NCBI GenBank assembly: GCA_964441155.1 | Contig: CAYYKL010000005.1 | Span: 4,434-68,433, forward strand | Direction: 5' to 3' | Origin: an uncultured Pseudomonadales bacterium | GTDB lineage: Bacteria; Patescibacteriota; Microgenomatia; UBA1400; RBG-16-45-19 | DNA: 64,000 nt | Shown: in pieces, positions 28,097 through 38,407 of the stretch | How the letters are laid out: every line of letters begins with the position of its first letter | Position numbering within the stretch: position 1 is the stretch's first letter | Made by a program: the position numbers and the translations under genes | Notes under the pieces: generated by a model | Databases searched by the model: none | The model's input: the letters and a program-made list of their open reading frames with translations, nothing else | What the model was told of the DNA's origin: nothing

Positions 28097-28660
28097 TTAA
28101 GCAGCGTGCAGTTGACTATAACATTCTTCGCAACTCGCGCCATACAACTCTGCACCGCCCACCACCACTTGTCCCTTCTGTTTTTGTTTGCGATAGCTAA
28201 ACGGCGCTTGTGAAGAGCAACCATCACAACGGGCAAAATGGTGCGTGACTCTACCTCCCTGCTTGTTGGCAATTTCGATCAATTTCAGCGTCGGACCAAA
28301 GGGTTGGCGATGATAATCGAGGTCCAAACCCGCCACGACCACTTTAATGTTTTGAAGATTTAAAGCTTCGATCGTTTGAATAATTGAAGCATCGAAAAAT
28401 TGCACTTCATCGATGAGCGCAACACTCTCGCCATTCAATTTTTCCAACATCTCATTTGGATTGGATTCGTCGACAAATGTGGCTGGAATTCGGGAGCGAT
28501 TGTGACTAATAACTTCCCCATCATCACTAAAGCGCGTATCTAGCTTTGGCTTAAAACAGACTACTGAAACGTTTTGTTGTAAACATTTTTTATATGCCCG
28601 AATCAGCGCGGTCGTCTTACCGCTAAACATTGGTCCGAAGTGAATTGCAAGATTTTTCAT
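28097..28660 (-). CDS. tdk: Thymidine kinase
   Basis: GPMFSGKTT, KPKLDTR, IDEVQFF, AGLDLD, Zn-binding cysteines. Confidence 0.96.
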   Translation of the reverse strand: MKNLAIHFGPMFSGKTTALIRAYKKCLQQNVSVVCFKPKLDTRFSDDGEVISHNRSRIPATFVDESNPNEMLEKLNGESVALIDEVQFFDASIIQTIEALNLQNIKVVVAGLDLDYHRQPFGPTLKLIEIANKQGGRVTHHFARCDGCSSQAPFSYRKQKQKGQVVVGGAELYGASCEECYSQLHAA

Positions 28661-28777
28661 AATCTAAATGAGAGCTGTAATTATTGATTATTGATTTCAC
28701 CTTTTCAATGTAAAAGTTAAGCAGCTGTAGCTCTACCCCCGTGACATTATCCCTAATAATCTTGTAAAATACACTTT

Positions 28778-29710
28778 ATGAAAGCATTTATAGCATTGAG
28801 TTTCAAGGATCGAGAAGAGCTAGATTCGGCTATAACACAAATTGAAAATGCATTAAAGAAATTTGGGTATAACGAGGTTGAAGTATTCGTACGGAGACAG
28901 ACAAGTTCATTGGTTTCAAGTCAAGAAATTATGCAAGCGGCGCTACAGCACATTACAGAGAGCCAGCTTGTTGTTGCAGAAATTTCTCACAAAGCAGTTG
29001 GCATTGGAATTGAAGTTGGTCATGCATATGCAAGGCATATTCCAATAATTGGAATTAGACGAGCAGGATCAGTATTATCAACTACTCTCGAGGGAGTATT
29101 AGCAGCCCCTGTCATCGAATATTCCTCAGAAGAAGAAATTCCACACTTGCTTTCGGATGCAATTCAAAGTCTATCTGAATCTAATCAAGAAATAAGGCTT
29201 AAAGAATTAAATACTCACGAACTAGCATTACTTGACTACGTTTTGGATTCATCCCGCTCGTTACTCTTCGAGTTTAATAAAACGACTCATTCCAAACCAA
29301 GTTTTAACATATCCGATCTTACAAATGAAAAAGAAGAAGAAGGTAAGTTATTAGTATTGGCTCGAGAATTTTGCTATGGCCTTAATATGGGGGGAAATGA
29401 TACGCAATTAAGATTTTGGAGACTACTCACATCCGACCTCCCGCCTCTAGAAACAATTAATGAAATTGATCAAATTGGATTATCCCGAGGTGAATCTCCT
29501 TTTCAAATCGCATTAATGTCTGTTCAATTAGCTCTTGGTGAGAGGATGAGAAATCAATACCCTAATCAACAAGAATTGCTCGAGGGAACTGCTGAGATCT
29601 ATAGCTGGCTCTGGAATTCAGAAACGCCCCGAATAAAAATTGATAATGAAGTAAGATTTTTAGAAAGTATTCGAGAGAAAAGCTTAAGCGATCGATCCCG
29701 CAGAATTTAA
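28778..29710 (+). CDS. Nucleoside 2-deoxyribosyltransferase/nucleotide N-hydrolase domain plus unknown C-terminal domain
   Basis: LVVAEISHKAVGIGIEVGHAYARHIPII, the NDT catalytic-Glu motif. Confidence 0.78.
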   Translation: MKAFIALSFKDREELDSAITQIENALKKFGYNEVEVFVRRQTSSLVSSQEIMQAALQHITESQLVVAEISHKAVGIGIEVGHAYARHIPIIGIRRAGSVLSTTLEGVLAAPVIEYSSEEEIPHLLSDAIQSLSESNQEIRLKELNTHELALLDYVLDSSRSLLFEFNKTTHSKPSFNISDLTNEKEEEGKLLVLAREFCYGLNMGGNDTQLRFWRLLTSDLPPLETINEIDQIGLSRGESPFQIALMSVQLALGERMRNQYPNQQELLEGTAEIYSWLWNSETPRIKIDNEVRFLESIREKSLSDRSRRI

Positions 29711-29783
29711 ACTATTTCCAAACAAATATTGCACATTATATGTGTATAAGGTACAATACCGCGGTATTTATTATAGGTTTCTT

Positions 29784-31361
29784 ATGGCTGCAGAAATTGT
29801 GATCGCTCAAGAAGCTAACATCTATTCAAAGTCTGATAGGTATTCGGGTCTCCTACCTGATTATTACACCAATCTTGAAAGGTTTATAGGAGATTCAGAT
29901 AGATCAAAATGGCTATCCCTAAGAAAGGGTTATGATCATTTAGCATTACCCTATCACGAAGGTCCATATGACTTGGTAGTGGTGAATACTCCATCTTCAT
30001 ATGAGCAGGGTGCTGTACCCACAAAAGAAGAACCACCTTTTGGAGCAATCAGATGCGTGGCTACTGCTAATTCAGCCGGGTTGATAGCGGGTTTACTCGA
30101 TGCTCATGCACTTAATATGGATTTAGAGCAAATTCGAGCGCAGCTTGAACTTTTGCAGCCTAGAATTGTCGGTATAAACCCCACATCAGTTAATGTTGCT
30201 GTAGGAAAAGCTTTGGCAAAATTGCTTGATGAAATGAGAGTTGACTATGTTGTGGGAGGTATTCATGCAACCATGGACCCTGCCAGAGCACGCGCTGATT
30301 TTCGATCAGCATACGCCATAATCAAGGGTGACGGTGAATTGGCATTACCCGCAGTTGTTAGACACGCAAAAGATGGTACTTCAATCACTGCTGGAACATT
30401 TTTGAGGAATCAAGATCTTACTCTAAGTTTGTATTTGCCCTATGCACCCAAAATTGATATCGGTGAGTTACCGATAATACCCCAAGAAAAATACGTGCAA
30501 TATCCCCTCGTTGAACAAATAATCGATTTTCGCGGGGAACCCAGAAAAGTCTTAGAAGCTAGTTCCTACATGACTAGAGGATGTCCTTTTGAATGTGGAT
30601 TCTGCTCTTCGCCAGTAATGGTTGGTAGAGGCCTCAAAGGAGTGCGTCCTTATGATCACCCGGGAATGAGCAAAGTTGTTGATGAAGTAGAAAGATTAAT
30701 AGGAATTGGTGCAGATGCCATTCATTTTCTGGATGATATGGTGATGGTTAAACCTGCAGATATTGAAGCATTTCATGATATTGCAGAACAAAGAGGAATT
30801 CTTGGAAAATTCGCGTGGCGTGGCATGACTCGTGCCCCAGTTGTCTCAAGAAATACATTCACCCCTGAAATAACTGGGAAATTAGCTGAAAGTGGCTGCT
30901 GGCGAATGACGCTAGGTGTAGAAAGCGGCAATGACCAAGTACTAGCAGCAATCAAAAAACAAATAACCACTAATGACGTTAGAGAAGCTGTCAGAAAGCT
31001 TGTGGGTGCGGGAATACAAGTAAAGGCTTTTTTCATTATGGGTTTTCCAGGGGAAACATATGAGCAAATGCTTGACACCAACAGGTTTGTCATGGAGCTG
31101 AAAAAGATGGGTTTAGGAAGTATCTCTATTTTCCAATTTAAACCATATCCAGGAACTATGTTGTGGGAAAAAATTGAGAAAGAAAACCCTGATGCATTAA
31201 CGCATCTTGACTACATTGGTGGAGATGCCCGTAGTGAAGTCGGTGGCAAAAGAGGTATTCAAGGTGTTTATTTGCCTGATGATTTGGTGATCGCGGATGG
31301 AGTGTCTAGCGGCAGAGTAAGAGAACTTGTTCAAACAACATTAGCAGATTTTTTTAGCTAA
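29784..31361 (+). CDS. Cobalamin-binding radical SAM enzyme
   Basis: B12-domain segments PPFG, VGGIHAT, GDGE; RGCPFECGFC; GVESG; FIMGFPGET; PYPGT. Confidence 0.92.
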   Translation: MAAEIVIAQEANIYSKSDRYSGLLPDYYTNLERFIGDSDRSKWLSLRKGYDHLALPYHEGPYDLVVVNTPSSYEQGAVPTKEEPPFGAIRCVATANSAGLIAGLLDAHALNMDLEQIRAQLELLQPRIVGINPTSVNVAVGKALAKLLDEMRVDYVVGGIHATMDPARARADFRSAYAIIKGDGELALPAVVRHAKDGTSITAGTFLRNQDLTLSLYLPYAPKIDIGELPIIPQEKYVQYPLVEQIIDFRGEPRKVLEASSYMTRGCPFECGFCSSPVMVGRGLKGVRPYDHPGMSKVVDEVERLIGIGADAIHFLDDMVMVKPADIEAFHDIAEQRGILGKFAWRGMTRAPVVSRNTFTPEITGKLAESGCWRMTLGVESGNDQVLAAIKKQITTNDVREAVRKLVGAGIQVKAFFIMGFPGETYEQMLDTNRFVMELKKMGLGSISIFQFKPYPGTMLWEKIEKENPDALTHLDYIGGDARSEVGGKRGIQGVYLPDDLVIADGVSSGRVRELVQTTLADFFS

Positions 31362-31366
31362 ATCCT

Positions 31367-31999
31367 ATGAGTGGCATTGCGCTTGTATCTGGAATCAATT
31401 CTGTAGGCAAAGGTGAAGTATGTAGAATATTAGCTAGATTGATTCCGAATTCTCGACATTTAAGTCTATCAGGATTGATGAAAGATCTTGGTGCTCTTGA
31501 TGGTCACCATTCTCTTGGCAGCATGGGAATAGAGGAAAGAAATATTTTAAGGCGAAATGCACTGGATTTAGTAAGAACAGCAAGTGAAAATCATTCTGTG
31601 CTTTTAGATTCTCATTTTGTGTTTGAAGATGGGGAAAGATCAGATTTCTCAAGAATAAGAAGTGCTACCGCCCAAATCGTTTTAGTCGGATCTTCTCCAC
31701 AAACAATTCGCAGTAGGCTATCTTATGATCCAGAAATAAATCAAAGGCCAGCCAGGATTGCACTATTAGGTTTTACTGATCAAGAAATTACCGATTACAT
31801 TTGCGCAGACGAAAGAGAGGCAAAGATTTTTGCATCACTTCAGAATCCAACTATACCTCTTGTTCGAATAGATAACGATTTCCCTTCTATTCCCATGCTT
31901 GAAGACTATCTGACACAAATATCTCCAGAGTTGCTAGACAACTTTCACCGACCCTCCAATGAGGGTATTGAGGGCCCACCCAGACTATTGAGAAGATGA
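31367..31999 (+). CDS. P-loop nucleoside-monophosphate kinase (archaeal adenylate-kinase-like)
   Basis: SGINSVGKG P-loop, VLLDSHF, TIRSRL, IDND. Confidence 0.7.
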   Translation: MSGIALVSGINSVGKGEVCRILARLIPNSRHLSLSGLMKDLGALDGHHSLGSMGIEERNILRRNALDLVRTASENHSVLLDSHFVFEDGERSDFSRIRSATAQIVLVGSSPQTIRSRLSYDPEINQRPARIALLGFTDQEITDYICADEREAKIFASLQNPTIPLVRIDNDFPSIPMLEDYLTQISPELLDNFHRPSNEGIEGPPRLLRR

Positions 32000-32056
32000 T
32001 TTTTTGATAGTCGTCCCAAAAGCACACAAGGATACTTTCAATTTGTCAAATTAAGC

Positions 32057-34249
32057 CTAATTGGTGGAATTTGAGTTTTCTTCTGCCTGAGGATTTTTGC
32101 GTGGATCTGACCAACTGGCCCAAGTGCATTTGGGGTAGGCAGAACAGCCAAAAAACATTCTTCCCTTTTTGGTGCGCTTGATAACCACTTCTGCCCCACA
32201 ATCAGGACAAGGGAAGTTTTCGATTTTCTCAACATATTGCTTGGTGTATTTGCATTCAGGGAATTTGTCACAGGCAAAAAACTTGCCAAAGCGGCCGGTT
32301 TTGATGATCACATTCCCCTCGTTGCAAGTCGGGCATTTTTCGCCCGTCATCACCACAGGGACATCAATTCGCTCGGCTGTTTCGCCAACTTCCTCAAGTT
32401 TTTTGGCAAACGGGCCATAAAAATCTTCAATCAATACTTTCCAATCTTTGCCTCCCTCGGCAATGCGGTCCAAGTCTGCTTCCATCTGGGCAGTAAAGTC
32501 ATAATCCAAAATCTCACCAAAATATTTTAGTAAGAATTCGATCACCGACTCAGCAATCGACGTTGGCTCAAAGCGTTTGTCGTTACGCTCGACATACCCA
32601 CGGTCAACCAATACACTAATAATCGATGCATAGGTGCTCGGCCGGCCAATACCCCGGGCTTCAAGCTCTTTAATGAGCGACGCATCGTTAAATCGTGGAG
32701 GCGCTTGGGTAAATTTTTGCGCTGCAGCCAAATCTTTCAAGCCCAAATCTTGCTTTTCTTTCACCTCAGGCAGCATCGCATCATCGCCCGTAGAGCTTCG
32801 CACCTCGGACCCCGAACCCTGATACACCGCCAGCCACCCTGCAAATTTCAAAATACTGCCTGAAGCTCGCAAGCCATATCTTTGCTTCCCGACTGCCTCA
32901 ACTTCAATGGTTGTTTGATCGTACACGGCGGGCACCATTTGACTGGCCAACAAGCGCTGGCGAACAAGGGCATAGAGCTTGGTGTGAGAAACGGTTTCTC
33001 CCCCGTTGACATTATCCAAGGAAATATTGGTCATATTGGTCGGACGGATAGCTTCATGCGCTTCTTGAGCACTTTTTGATTTAGTTTTGAACGCATTTGG
33101 TTTGCTGGGCAAATAACTGGGGCCATACTCTTGAGTGATAAATTCTCGAGCTGCAGTGACAGCACTAATCGCCAGATTGAGTGAGTCAGTGCGGTGATAG
33201 GTGATGTATCCGGCTTCATAGAGTTGCTGGGCAATGCGCATCGTTTGTTTGCCCGACCAACCAAAACGCCTGGCAGCAGTTTGCTGCAAAGTGCTGGTCG
33301 TAAATGGCGGTGGACTAGAGCGCCGGCGCTCTTTGCGCTCAATGGCGCTCACTGCATATTTTGCAGTTTTAAGGTCATCAATAATCGGTTGGGCAATTTT
33401 TTCAGAATCAAGGCGAAATTCTGATTCTGCTTTATCCGTCACTTTTTTAGTTTGGTCAGACAACCGTGCTTTGTTGGGATCATCATCTACCGCAATTTTT
33501 TTGCCATTCACTTCGGCGAGTGATGCCACAAATTCTCCTGCTTGGGGGACATAATCGGCAAAAGTCTGAGAAACTGATTTAATCGATTTGGATGGTGAAT
33601 TATTGACATCAAGCAATGCCTGTACTTCCCAGTATTCTTTTGGTTTGTAGGCTTTGATCTGTGCTTCACGCTCCACAATCATGCGCAGCGCCACCGATTG
33701 CACTCGCCCAGCAGACAGACCGCGCTGGATTTTGCGCCACAATAGAGGCGAAAGTTTGTAGCCTACCAATCGATCGAGCACTCGTCGGGCTTGTTGCGCA
33801 TCAACCAGCGCCACATTAAGTGCACCCCTCGATTTCAATGCTGAAAGAATTGCTTCTTTGGTGATTTCGTGAAACGTCACTCGTTGAAACTTTGAATCTT
33901 CTTTTTTAGGGGCCAATCCTTTGGCTGATTTTTTGGTTTTGGATTTTTTCTCGGGCTCTTTGAGCAAATAAAGCAGATGCCAGGCAATTGCCTCACCTTC
34001 GCGGTCAGGGTCCATCGCGAGAATAGTATACTCAGCCTCCTGAGACAGTTTTTTCAGTTTGCCGACAATTTTGGCCTTGCCTCTAACCTGGATATATTCA
34101 GGTTCAAAGTGGTGATCAACATCAACGCCTAGTTTGCTCTTAGGCAAATCGCGCAAATGCCCCATGCTGGCTTCGACCTGAAAACCCTTGCCTAAATATT
34201 TTTTAAGGGTTTTGGCTTTGGTGGGTGATTCAACGATGACTAGTTGCAT
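32057..34249 (-). CDS. topA: DNA topoisomerase I
   Basis: IVESPTKAKT, DPDREGEAI, SAGRVQS, ITYHRTDS, AHEAIRPT, GIGRPSTY, C-terminal Zn ribbons. Confidence 0.98.
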   Translation of the reverse strand: MQLVIVESPTKAKTLKKYLGKGFQVEASMGHLRDLPKSKLGVDVDHHFEPEYIQVRGKAKIVGKLKKLSQEAEYTILAMDPDREGEAIAWHLLYLLKEPEKKSKTKKSAKGLAPKKEDSKFQRVTFHEITKEAILSALKSRGALNVALVDAQQARRVLDRLVGYKLSPLLWRKIQRGLSAGRVQSVALRMIVEREAQIKAYKPKEYWEVQALLDVNNSPSKSIKSVSQTFADYVPQAGEFVASLAEVNGKKIAVDDDPNKARLSDQTKKVTDKAESEFRLDSEKIAQPIIDDLKTAKYAVSAIERKERRRSSPPPFTTSTLQQTAARRFGWSGKQTMRIAQQLYEAGYITYHRTDSLNLAISAVTAAREFITQEYGPSYLPSKPNAFKTKSKSAQEAHEAIRPTNMTNISLDNVNGGETVSHTKLYALVRQRLLASQMVPAVYDQTTIEVEAVGKQRYGLRASGSILKFAGWLAVYQGSGSEVRSSTGDDAMLPEVKEKQDLGLKDLAAAQKFTQAPPRFNDASLIKELEARGIGRPSTYASIISVLVDRGYVERNDKRFEPTSIAESVIEFLLKYFGEILDYDFTAQMEADLDRIAEGGKDWKVLIEDFYGPFAKKLEEVGETAERIDVPVVMTGEKCPTCNEGNVIIKTGRFGKFFACDKFPECKYTKQYVEKIENFPCPDCGAEVVIKRTKKGRMFFGCSAYPKCTWASWSDPRKNPQAEENSNSTN

Positions 34250-34382
34250 ATTTTAGACATTAGACTTTAGTATTTTGACACTTTAGGAAATACCGAATTA
34301 TTACTAGGACAATAATTGTGTGTGTATCCAAGCACTCACAATAGCACTAAATCTACACCACCTGTCAATGACAAGATCTTTT

Positions 34383-35474
34383 TTATGTCAGGCGCCACTG
34401 ATTACCTTCTTGTTTTATTACTGATGCAAGCTCCATAAGTGTCAATTCGCTAGTAAGTTCATAAATCGGCACTCCGAGTGATCGAGCAAGCTCATCTCCA
34501 GTTTGTGGATCGCGCTGCAGCTTTTCATAGATGCGCTGTTGTAGTGGATTATCTAAATCAACTATTTTAAGCGTTACTTGCTTTGCATACATGCTCCTCA
34601 GACCTAACTCGCTCAAAATATCTTGAGCGTTCGTGACCAGTTTTGCACCAGATTTGAGCAAGTGAGTCGGAGCGTGATTCAAGGCACTGGTGATTGGCCC
34701 GGGCACAGCAAAAACTGGTTTTCCCAATTTTTGCGCTGCACTTGCGGTGATTAGCGCTCCACTTCCGACGGCTCCCTCGGTGACCAAAACTCCCTGTGAC
34801 AGCATGGCAATCCATTCGTCTCGAGCCACAAAATGACCTCTCGATGGTGGCTCACCGGGTGGAAATGCCGAAACCAGCGCTCCATTTTTTATTATTTGCC
34901 TGGCCAGTTTCTCATTACCTGAAGGATAGACTCTGTCTAAGCCATGAGCCAAAACCGCAATGGTTCTTCCACCCATATCAAGGGCTGCTTGATGAGCCTG
35001 AGCATCAATGCCATAAGCTAGCCCAGATACAATCGTGATTCCTTGAGTTGCCAGCTCCCCGGCAATCAAGCGCGTGACTTCCAAACCGTAGCTAGTCGGC
35101 TTGCGCGTGCCCACTACAGCAATTGCTTGCACATCACGAGGAAGCAAACTTCCCTTGATATACAAAACAGGCGGTGATTGCAAAATGGTGGTCAGGCATA
35201 TGGGGTAGTCTTCATCTATATCTTTAACCACAACTGCGACTTCGAATCGTTCTAATATGTCTTTAATTGCTTGAATTGAAAAACTAGCAACCGTTTTCTT
35301 AAGCGTGTCTACAACTTTTTTGGGTAAAAATTGAACCAAAGTTACATCATCTGTCTCAAATATTTTTTGAGCAGAGCCGAACTCGGTTAGTAATTGAGTG
35401 AAGCGCGCAACTCCAATTCCGGGCGTTTGCCACAAAGCGACCCGATACCATTTTTCTTGCGTGGTAACGTCCAT
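34383..35474 (-). CDS. dprA: DNA-processing protein DprA
   Basis: AVVGTRKPT, IVSGLAYGIDAQAH, SGALITA, VFAVPG; start at 35474 (TAATG overlap). Confidence 0.95.
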   Translation of the reverse strand: MDVTTQEKWYRVALWQTPGIGVARFTQLLTEFGSAQKIFETDDVTLVQFLPKKVVDTLKKTVASFSIQAIKDILERFEVAVVVKDIDEDYPICLTTILQSPPVLYIKGSLLPRDVQAIAVVGTRKPTSYGLEVTRLIAGELATQGITIVSGLAYGIDAQAHQAALDMGGRTIAVLAHGLDRVYPSGNEKLARQIIKNGALVSAFPPGEPPSRGHFVARDEWIAMLSQGVLVTEGAVGSGALITASAAQKLGKPVFAVPGPITSALNHAPTHLLKSGAKLVTNAQDILSELGLRSMYAKQVTLKIVDLDNPLQQRIYEKLQRDPQTGDELARSLGVPIYELTSELTLMELASVIKQEGNQWRLT

Positions 35475-37162
35475 TAGTTGGCTACTCTCCGATACTCTTC
35501 TGGTTGCGCGAACCACCAGTCTAAAAGCCGCTTGGCCACAGGTGCCGCTACTTGCGAACCTTGCCCGGCTCGCTCGGCCAAAACCGTGACCACAATTTCT
35601 GGATCTTTTGCAGGGGCGTAAACCGTAAACCAAGCATGTGGCAGGGCTTCTTCCCCACCCTGCTGTGCCGTGCCTGTTTTGCAGGCCACTTCGTATTCAC
35701 TGGCGAAAAATGGCGCACCCGTTCCGCCAGGCTTGCAGGCTGCCACCAACCCCTCTTGCACCACTTGGAGAGTTTGCTCACTTAAATTCAATTGCGTACA
35801 ACCTGCAACTTCTTGCTGATTGTGCACTAATTTCGGTAGACACAGCGTGCCATCGTTCGCAATGGCACTCATCATCATGGCAATGTGTGTCGGCGAAACA
35901 AGCACATCTCCTTGACCAATTGACATGTGAAAGGTGTTGCCCAAATACCAGCGCTCGCCCTTGGTTTTCTCTTTCCACTTAGGCGTCGGGATAGTGCCGG
36001 CTGCACCAATAAGCCCAGAAATATTTGGTGCTTTTCCCAAACCAAACATCGTGGACCACTCTGCCATAAGGTTGGGACCAATTTGTTCTCCAACACGATA
36101 GAAATAGATATCATTCGAGCGTTGCAATGCTTTGACCACATTAACCGCTCCTTCAGTTCTGCCATGCTCTGAGTAGAGCCAATTACCAAACGAAAACTCG
36201 CCCACTCTAATTTCGCCTGAATCCTGAAACAGGGTATCGGCAGTGATTTTGCCTGATTCCAATGCTGCAACAGAAGTTACTACTTTATAGACACTCCCGG
36301 GGGGATACACCCCTGCAAGAGCGCGATTGAAAAAAGGCAGGTTTGGTTCTTGCAAGCCCAGTGCAATATTATTGGGATCAAATGCGGGTGCGGACATCAT
36401 CGTCAGGACATTGCCTGATTTTGGTTCAAGCGCCACGACTGCCCCTGAATAACTCGCCATGAGCTCATGGGCTAGTTCTTGCAGTGACACATCAATAGTC
36501 GTTGCGATATCAATACCAGGAATGCTCTGATTTTCTCCAAGCACTCGCTCCACTTGCCCACGAGCATCAACTTCTACCAACTGATTACCTGGCTCACCTC
36601 TCACTTGCTCTTCAAGTACTTTTTCCAAACCCGACTTACCCACACTATCGCCGGCAATATATTTTGAATCCAATTCAAGCAGTGATTGCGGATCCACTTG
36701 AGCGACATAGCCGAGCAGCAGGGCACATGCTCGGGAACATAAATAATCACGGGTAATGTCGTAGTAAATGCGCTGCGAATCACCGGTTAAGACCAATGCT
36801 TCTTCTTTGGTAATCGATTCAAACATTCCCTGAGCCAGAGTTGTTCCGGGAACCTGCCGTTTAAACGCCGGCAGATTGCGCACTAAGGGTTTCTGATGCC
36901 GATCATAGAAAACTCCCCGCTGGGCTGCAGTGCGCACCGAGATAATTCGATTATTGTCAGCGCGAGTCCTAAAATAAGCTCCCTCAACGACGGTCAGTTG
37001 AGCTAATCGGCTCACACACACCACTCCCATAACAATGAGAGCGATAGTAAATGGCCACAAGCGAATTCTTGATTGCTGACTTTTCAATACATTTTGTTGC
37101 CAATTCGTTACTCGAACTGCACTTTGCTGCTGTCGAACTCGAGTTAAGGTGAATCGACTCAT
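35474..37162 (-). CDS. mrdA: Penicillin-binding protein 2
   Basis: PPGSVYK, SND, KTGTAQ; mreBCD context. Confidence 0.92.
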   Translation of the reverse strand: MSRFTLTRVRQQQSAVRVTNWQQNVLKSQQSRIRLWPFTIALIVMGVVCVSRLAQLTVVEGAYFRTRADNNRIISVRTAAQRGVFYDRHQKPLVRNLPAFKRQVPGTTLAQGMFESITKEEALVLTGDSQRIYYDITRDYLCSRACALLLGYVAQVDPQSLLELDSKYIAGDSVGKSGLEKVLEEQVRGEPGNQLVEVDARGQVERVLGENQSIPGIDIATTIDVSLQELAHELMASYSGAVVALEPKSGNVLTMMSAPAFDPNNIALGLQEPNLPFFNRALAGVYPPGSVYKVVTSVAALESGKITADTLFQDSGEIRVGEFSFGNWLYSEHGRTEGAVNVVKALQRSNDIYFYRVGEQIGPNLMAEWSTMFGLGKAPNISGLIGAAGTIPTPKWKEKTKGERWYLGNTFHMSIGQGDVLVSPTHIAMMMSAIANDGTLCLPKLVHNQQEVAGCTQLNLSEQTLQVVQEGLVAACKPGGTGAPFFASEYEVACKTGTAQQGGEEALPHAWFTVYAPAKDPEIVVTVLAERAGQGSQVAAPVAKRLLDWWFAQPEEYRRVAN

Positions 37163-37566
37163 TGCAAATACACCTCAGAAGAATTTTTAGTGCGATTGAC
37201 TAGACGCCACAACAAACTGGCAACGAGCATTTGCACGATAGCTAATACCCAAGGTAGTTTTTGATGTAAGAAAAAGCTGTAGCCAAATTGATAGATGGCA
37301 AGTAGCGCAAGCCATAACCAAAATGCGCTATTGCCCAATTTATTCCTGGCAAACAAAGTTGTCCCGCTTAAGACCACCAAGCCTAAACTCATCCAACCAA
37401 AATCTTCAACCCAAATGACATCGTGTACGATCCCCAATAGTATGGATGAAACAAATAGCTCTTTGGGTTTCAGCTTCCATGCTAGTAAACCGGTAACCAC
37501 AATAAACCACGAAAAAGGCGTCAACCGATCGGTTACAAGCAACAAAACAAACCAATAGTGTGCCAT
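37159..37566 (-). CDS. mreD: Putative rod-shape protein MreD
   Basis: Small multi-TM protein (LGIVHD..FG) between mreC and mrdA. Confidence 0.6.
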   Translation of the reverse strand: MAHYWFVLLLVTDRLTPFSWFIVVTGLLAWKLKPKELFVSSILLGIVHDVIWVEDFGWMSLGLVVLSGTTLFARNKLGNSAFWLWLALLAIYQFGYSFFLHQKLPWVLAIVQMLVASLLWRLVNRTKNSSEVYLQ

Positions 37567-37574
37567 ACGTATAT

Positions 37575-38351
37575 CTATTCCACTTTTACAATCATACCGG
37601 TTTTAGGCCTTGCTAATAATTCAAGTCTCGCTTTTTTTATTGCCTGGGCTTCGGTGCCAATGATTTCACTCACGACACCTATGGGCACATTGGCTGGGAC
37701 ATTGTCTTCGCCTCCACTACTCACCACCACATCGCCAATGGCAATTTGATCTCCTTGTGCAATATTAGCGAGATGCGTCGCAACTCCATCACCAACGACA
37801 ATGCCGTGGGCTAAATCTTGGCTGGTCATAGCACTTACCTTGAATGTGGTGCTTTGGGGAGTTTCAACCAAGCTGACTCCCCGTCCGCTTTTACTCACTC
37901 TGCCAATGAGTGCCCCATTTTCTCCCAAAACCCACATGCCGTTATTTACTCCTTGGTTTGATCCGGAGCGAAGCCACACAGCATTTCCGCGAACTGTTAG
38001 TGAAGATAAAATGTTTTGGGAAAGTTGACCAACTTGCGCTTGGGAGCGAAGGAATGTATTTTCCGCTTCAAGTGTTTTTAACTTCTCTTTATCGATTGCT
38101 TGCGTTGCTAGGAGCGTTTCTAATAGCACGATTCGCTGCCTTCCTTGCACCAATTGCTGCCAAATGTGATATGGCTCTTCAACTATCGTCAACACTTGCT
38201 CAATTTTGGTCAACGGAGTCACTACTATTCCCTCAAGCAATCCTCGCAAAGGCTTTAAGCCAATAGAAAAATCTAGTCCAATGAGCACCAGGCAAATTGC
38301 CACACTCAAGGCAAAATGCTTCGCTGCTTGATACCGATTGAGTGACTCCAT
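37575..38351 (-). CDS. mreC: Rod-shape-determining protein MreC
   Basis: TM plus coiled coil (LEAENTFLR), GSNQGV, GDVVVSSG..PIG. Confidence 0.85.
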   Translation of the reverse strand: MESLNRYQAAKHFALSVAICLVLIGLDFSIGLKPLRGLLEGIVVTPLTKIEQVLTIVEEPYHIWQQLVQGRQRIVLLETLLATQAIDKEKLKTLEAENTFLRSQAQVGQLSQNILSSLTVRGNAVWLRSGSNQGVNNGMWVLGENGALIGRVSKSGRGVSLVETPQSTTFKVSAMTSQDLAHGIVVGDGVATHLANIAQGDQIAIGDVVVSSGGEDNVPANVPIGVVSEIIGTEAQAIKKARLELLARPKTGMIVKVE

Positions 38352-38407
38352 AACAAGCCCACCATAATCGATAAATTGAGGCTTAGCAAGTTTTTATTGG
38401 GGGAACT

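Noticed and set aside
28778-29710. Retron (Ec86-type) NDT effector
   Set aside because: No reverse transcriptase or msr-msd nearby.
33410-33960. Insertions in TopA as further palindromic-element insertions or inteins
   Set aside because: Short Lys/Ser-rich loops with no visible hairpin, family motif or intein termini.
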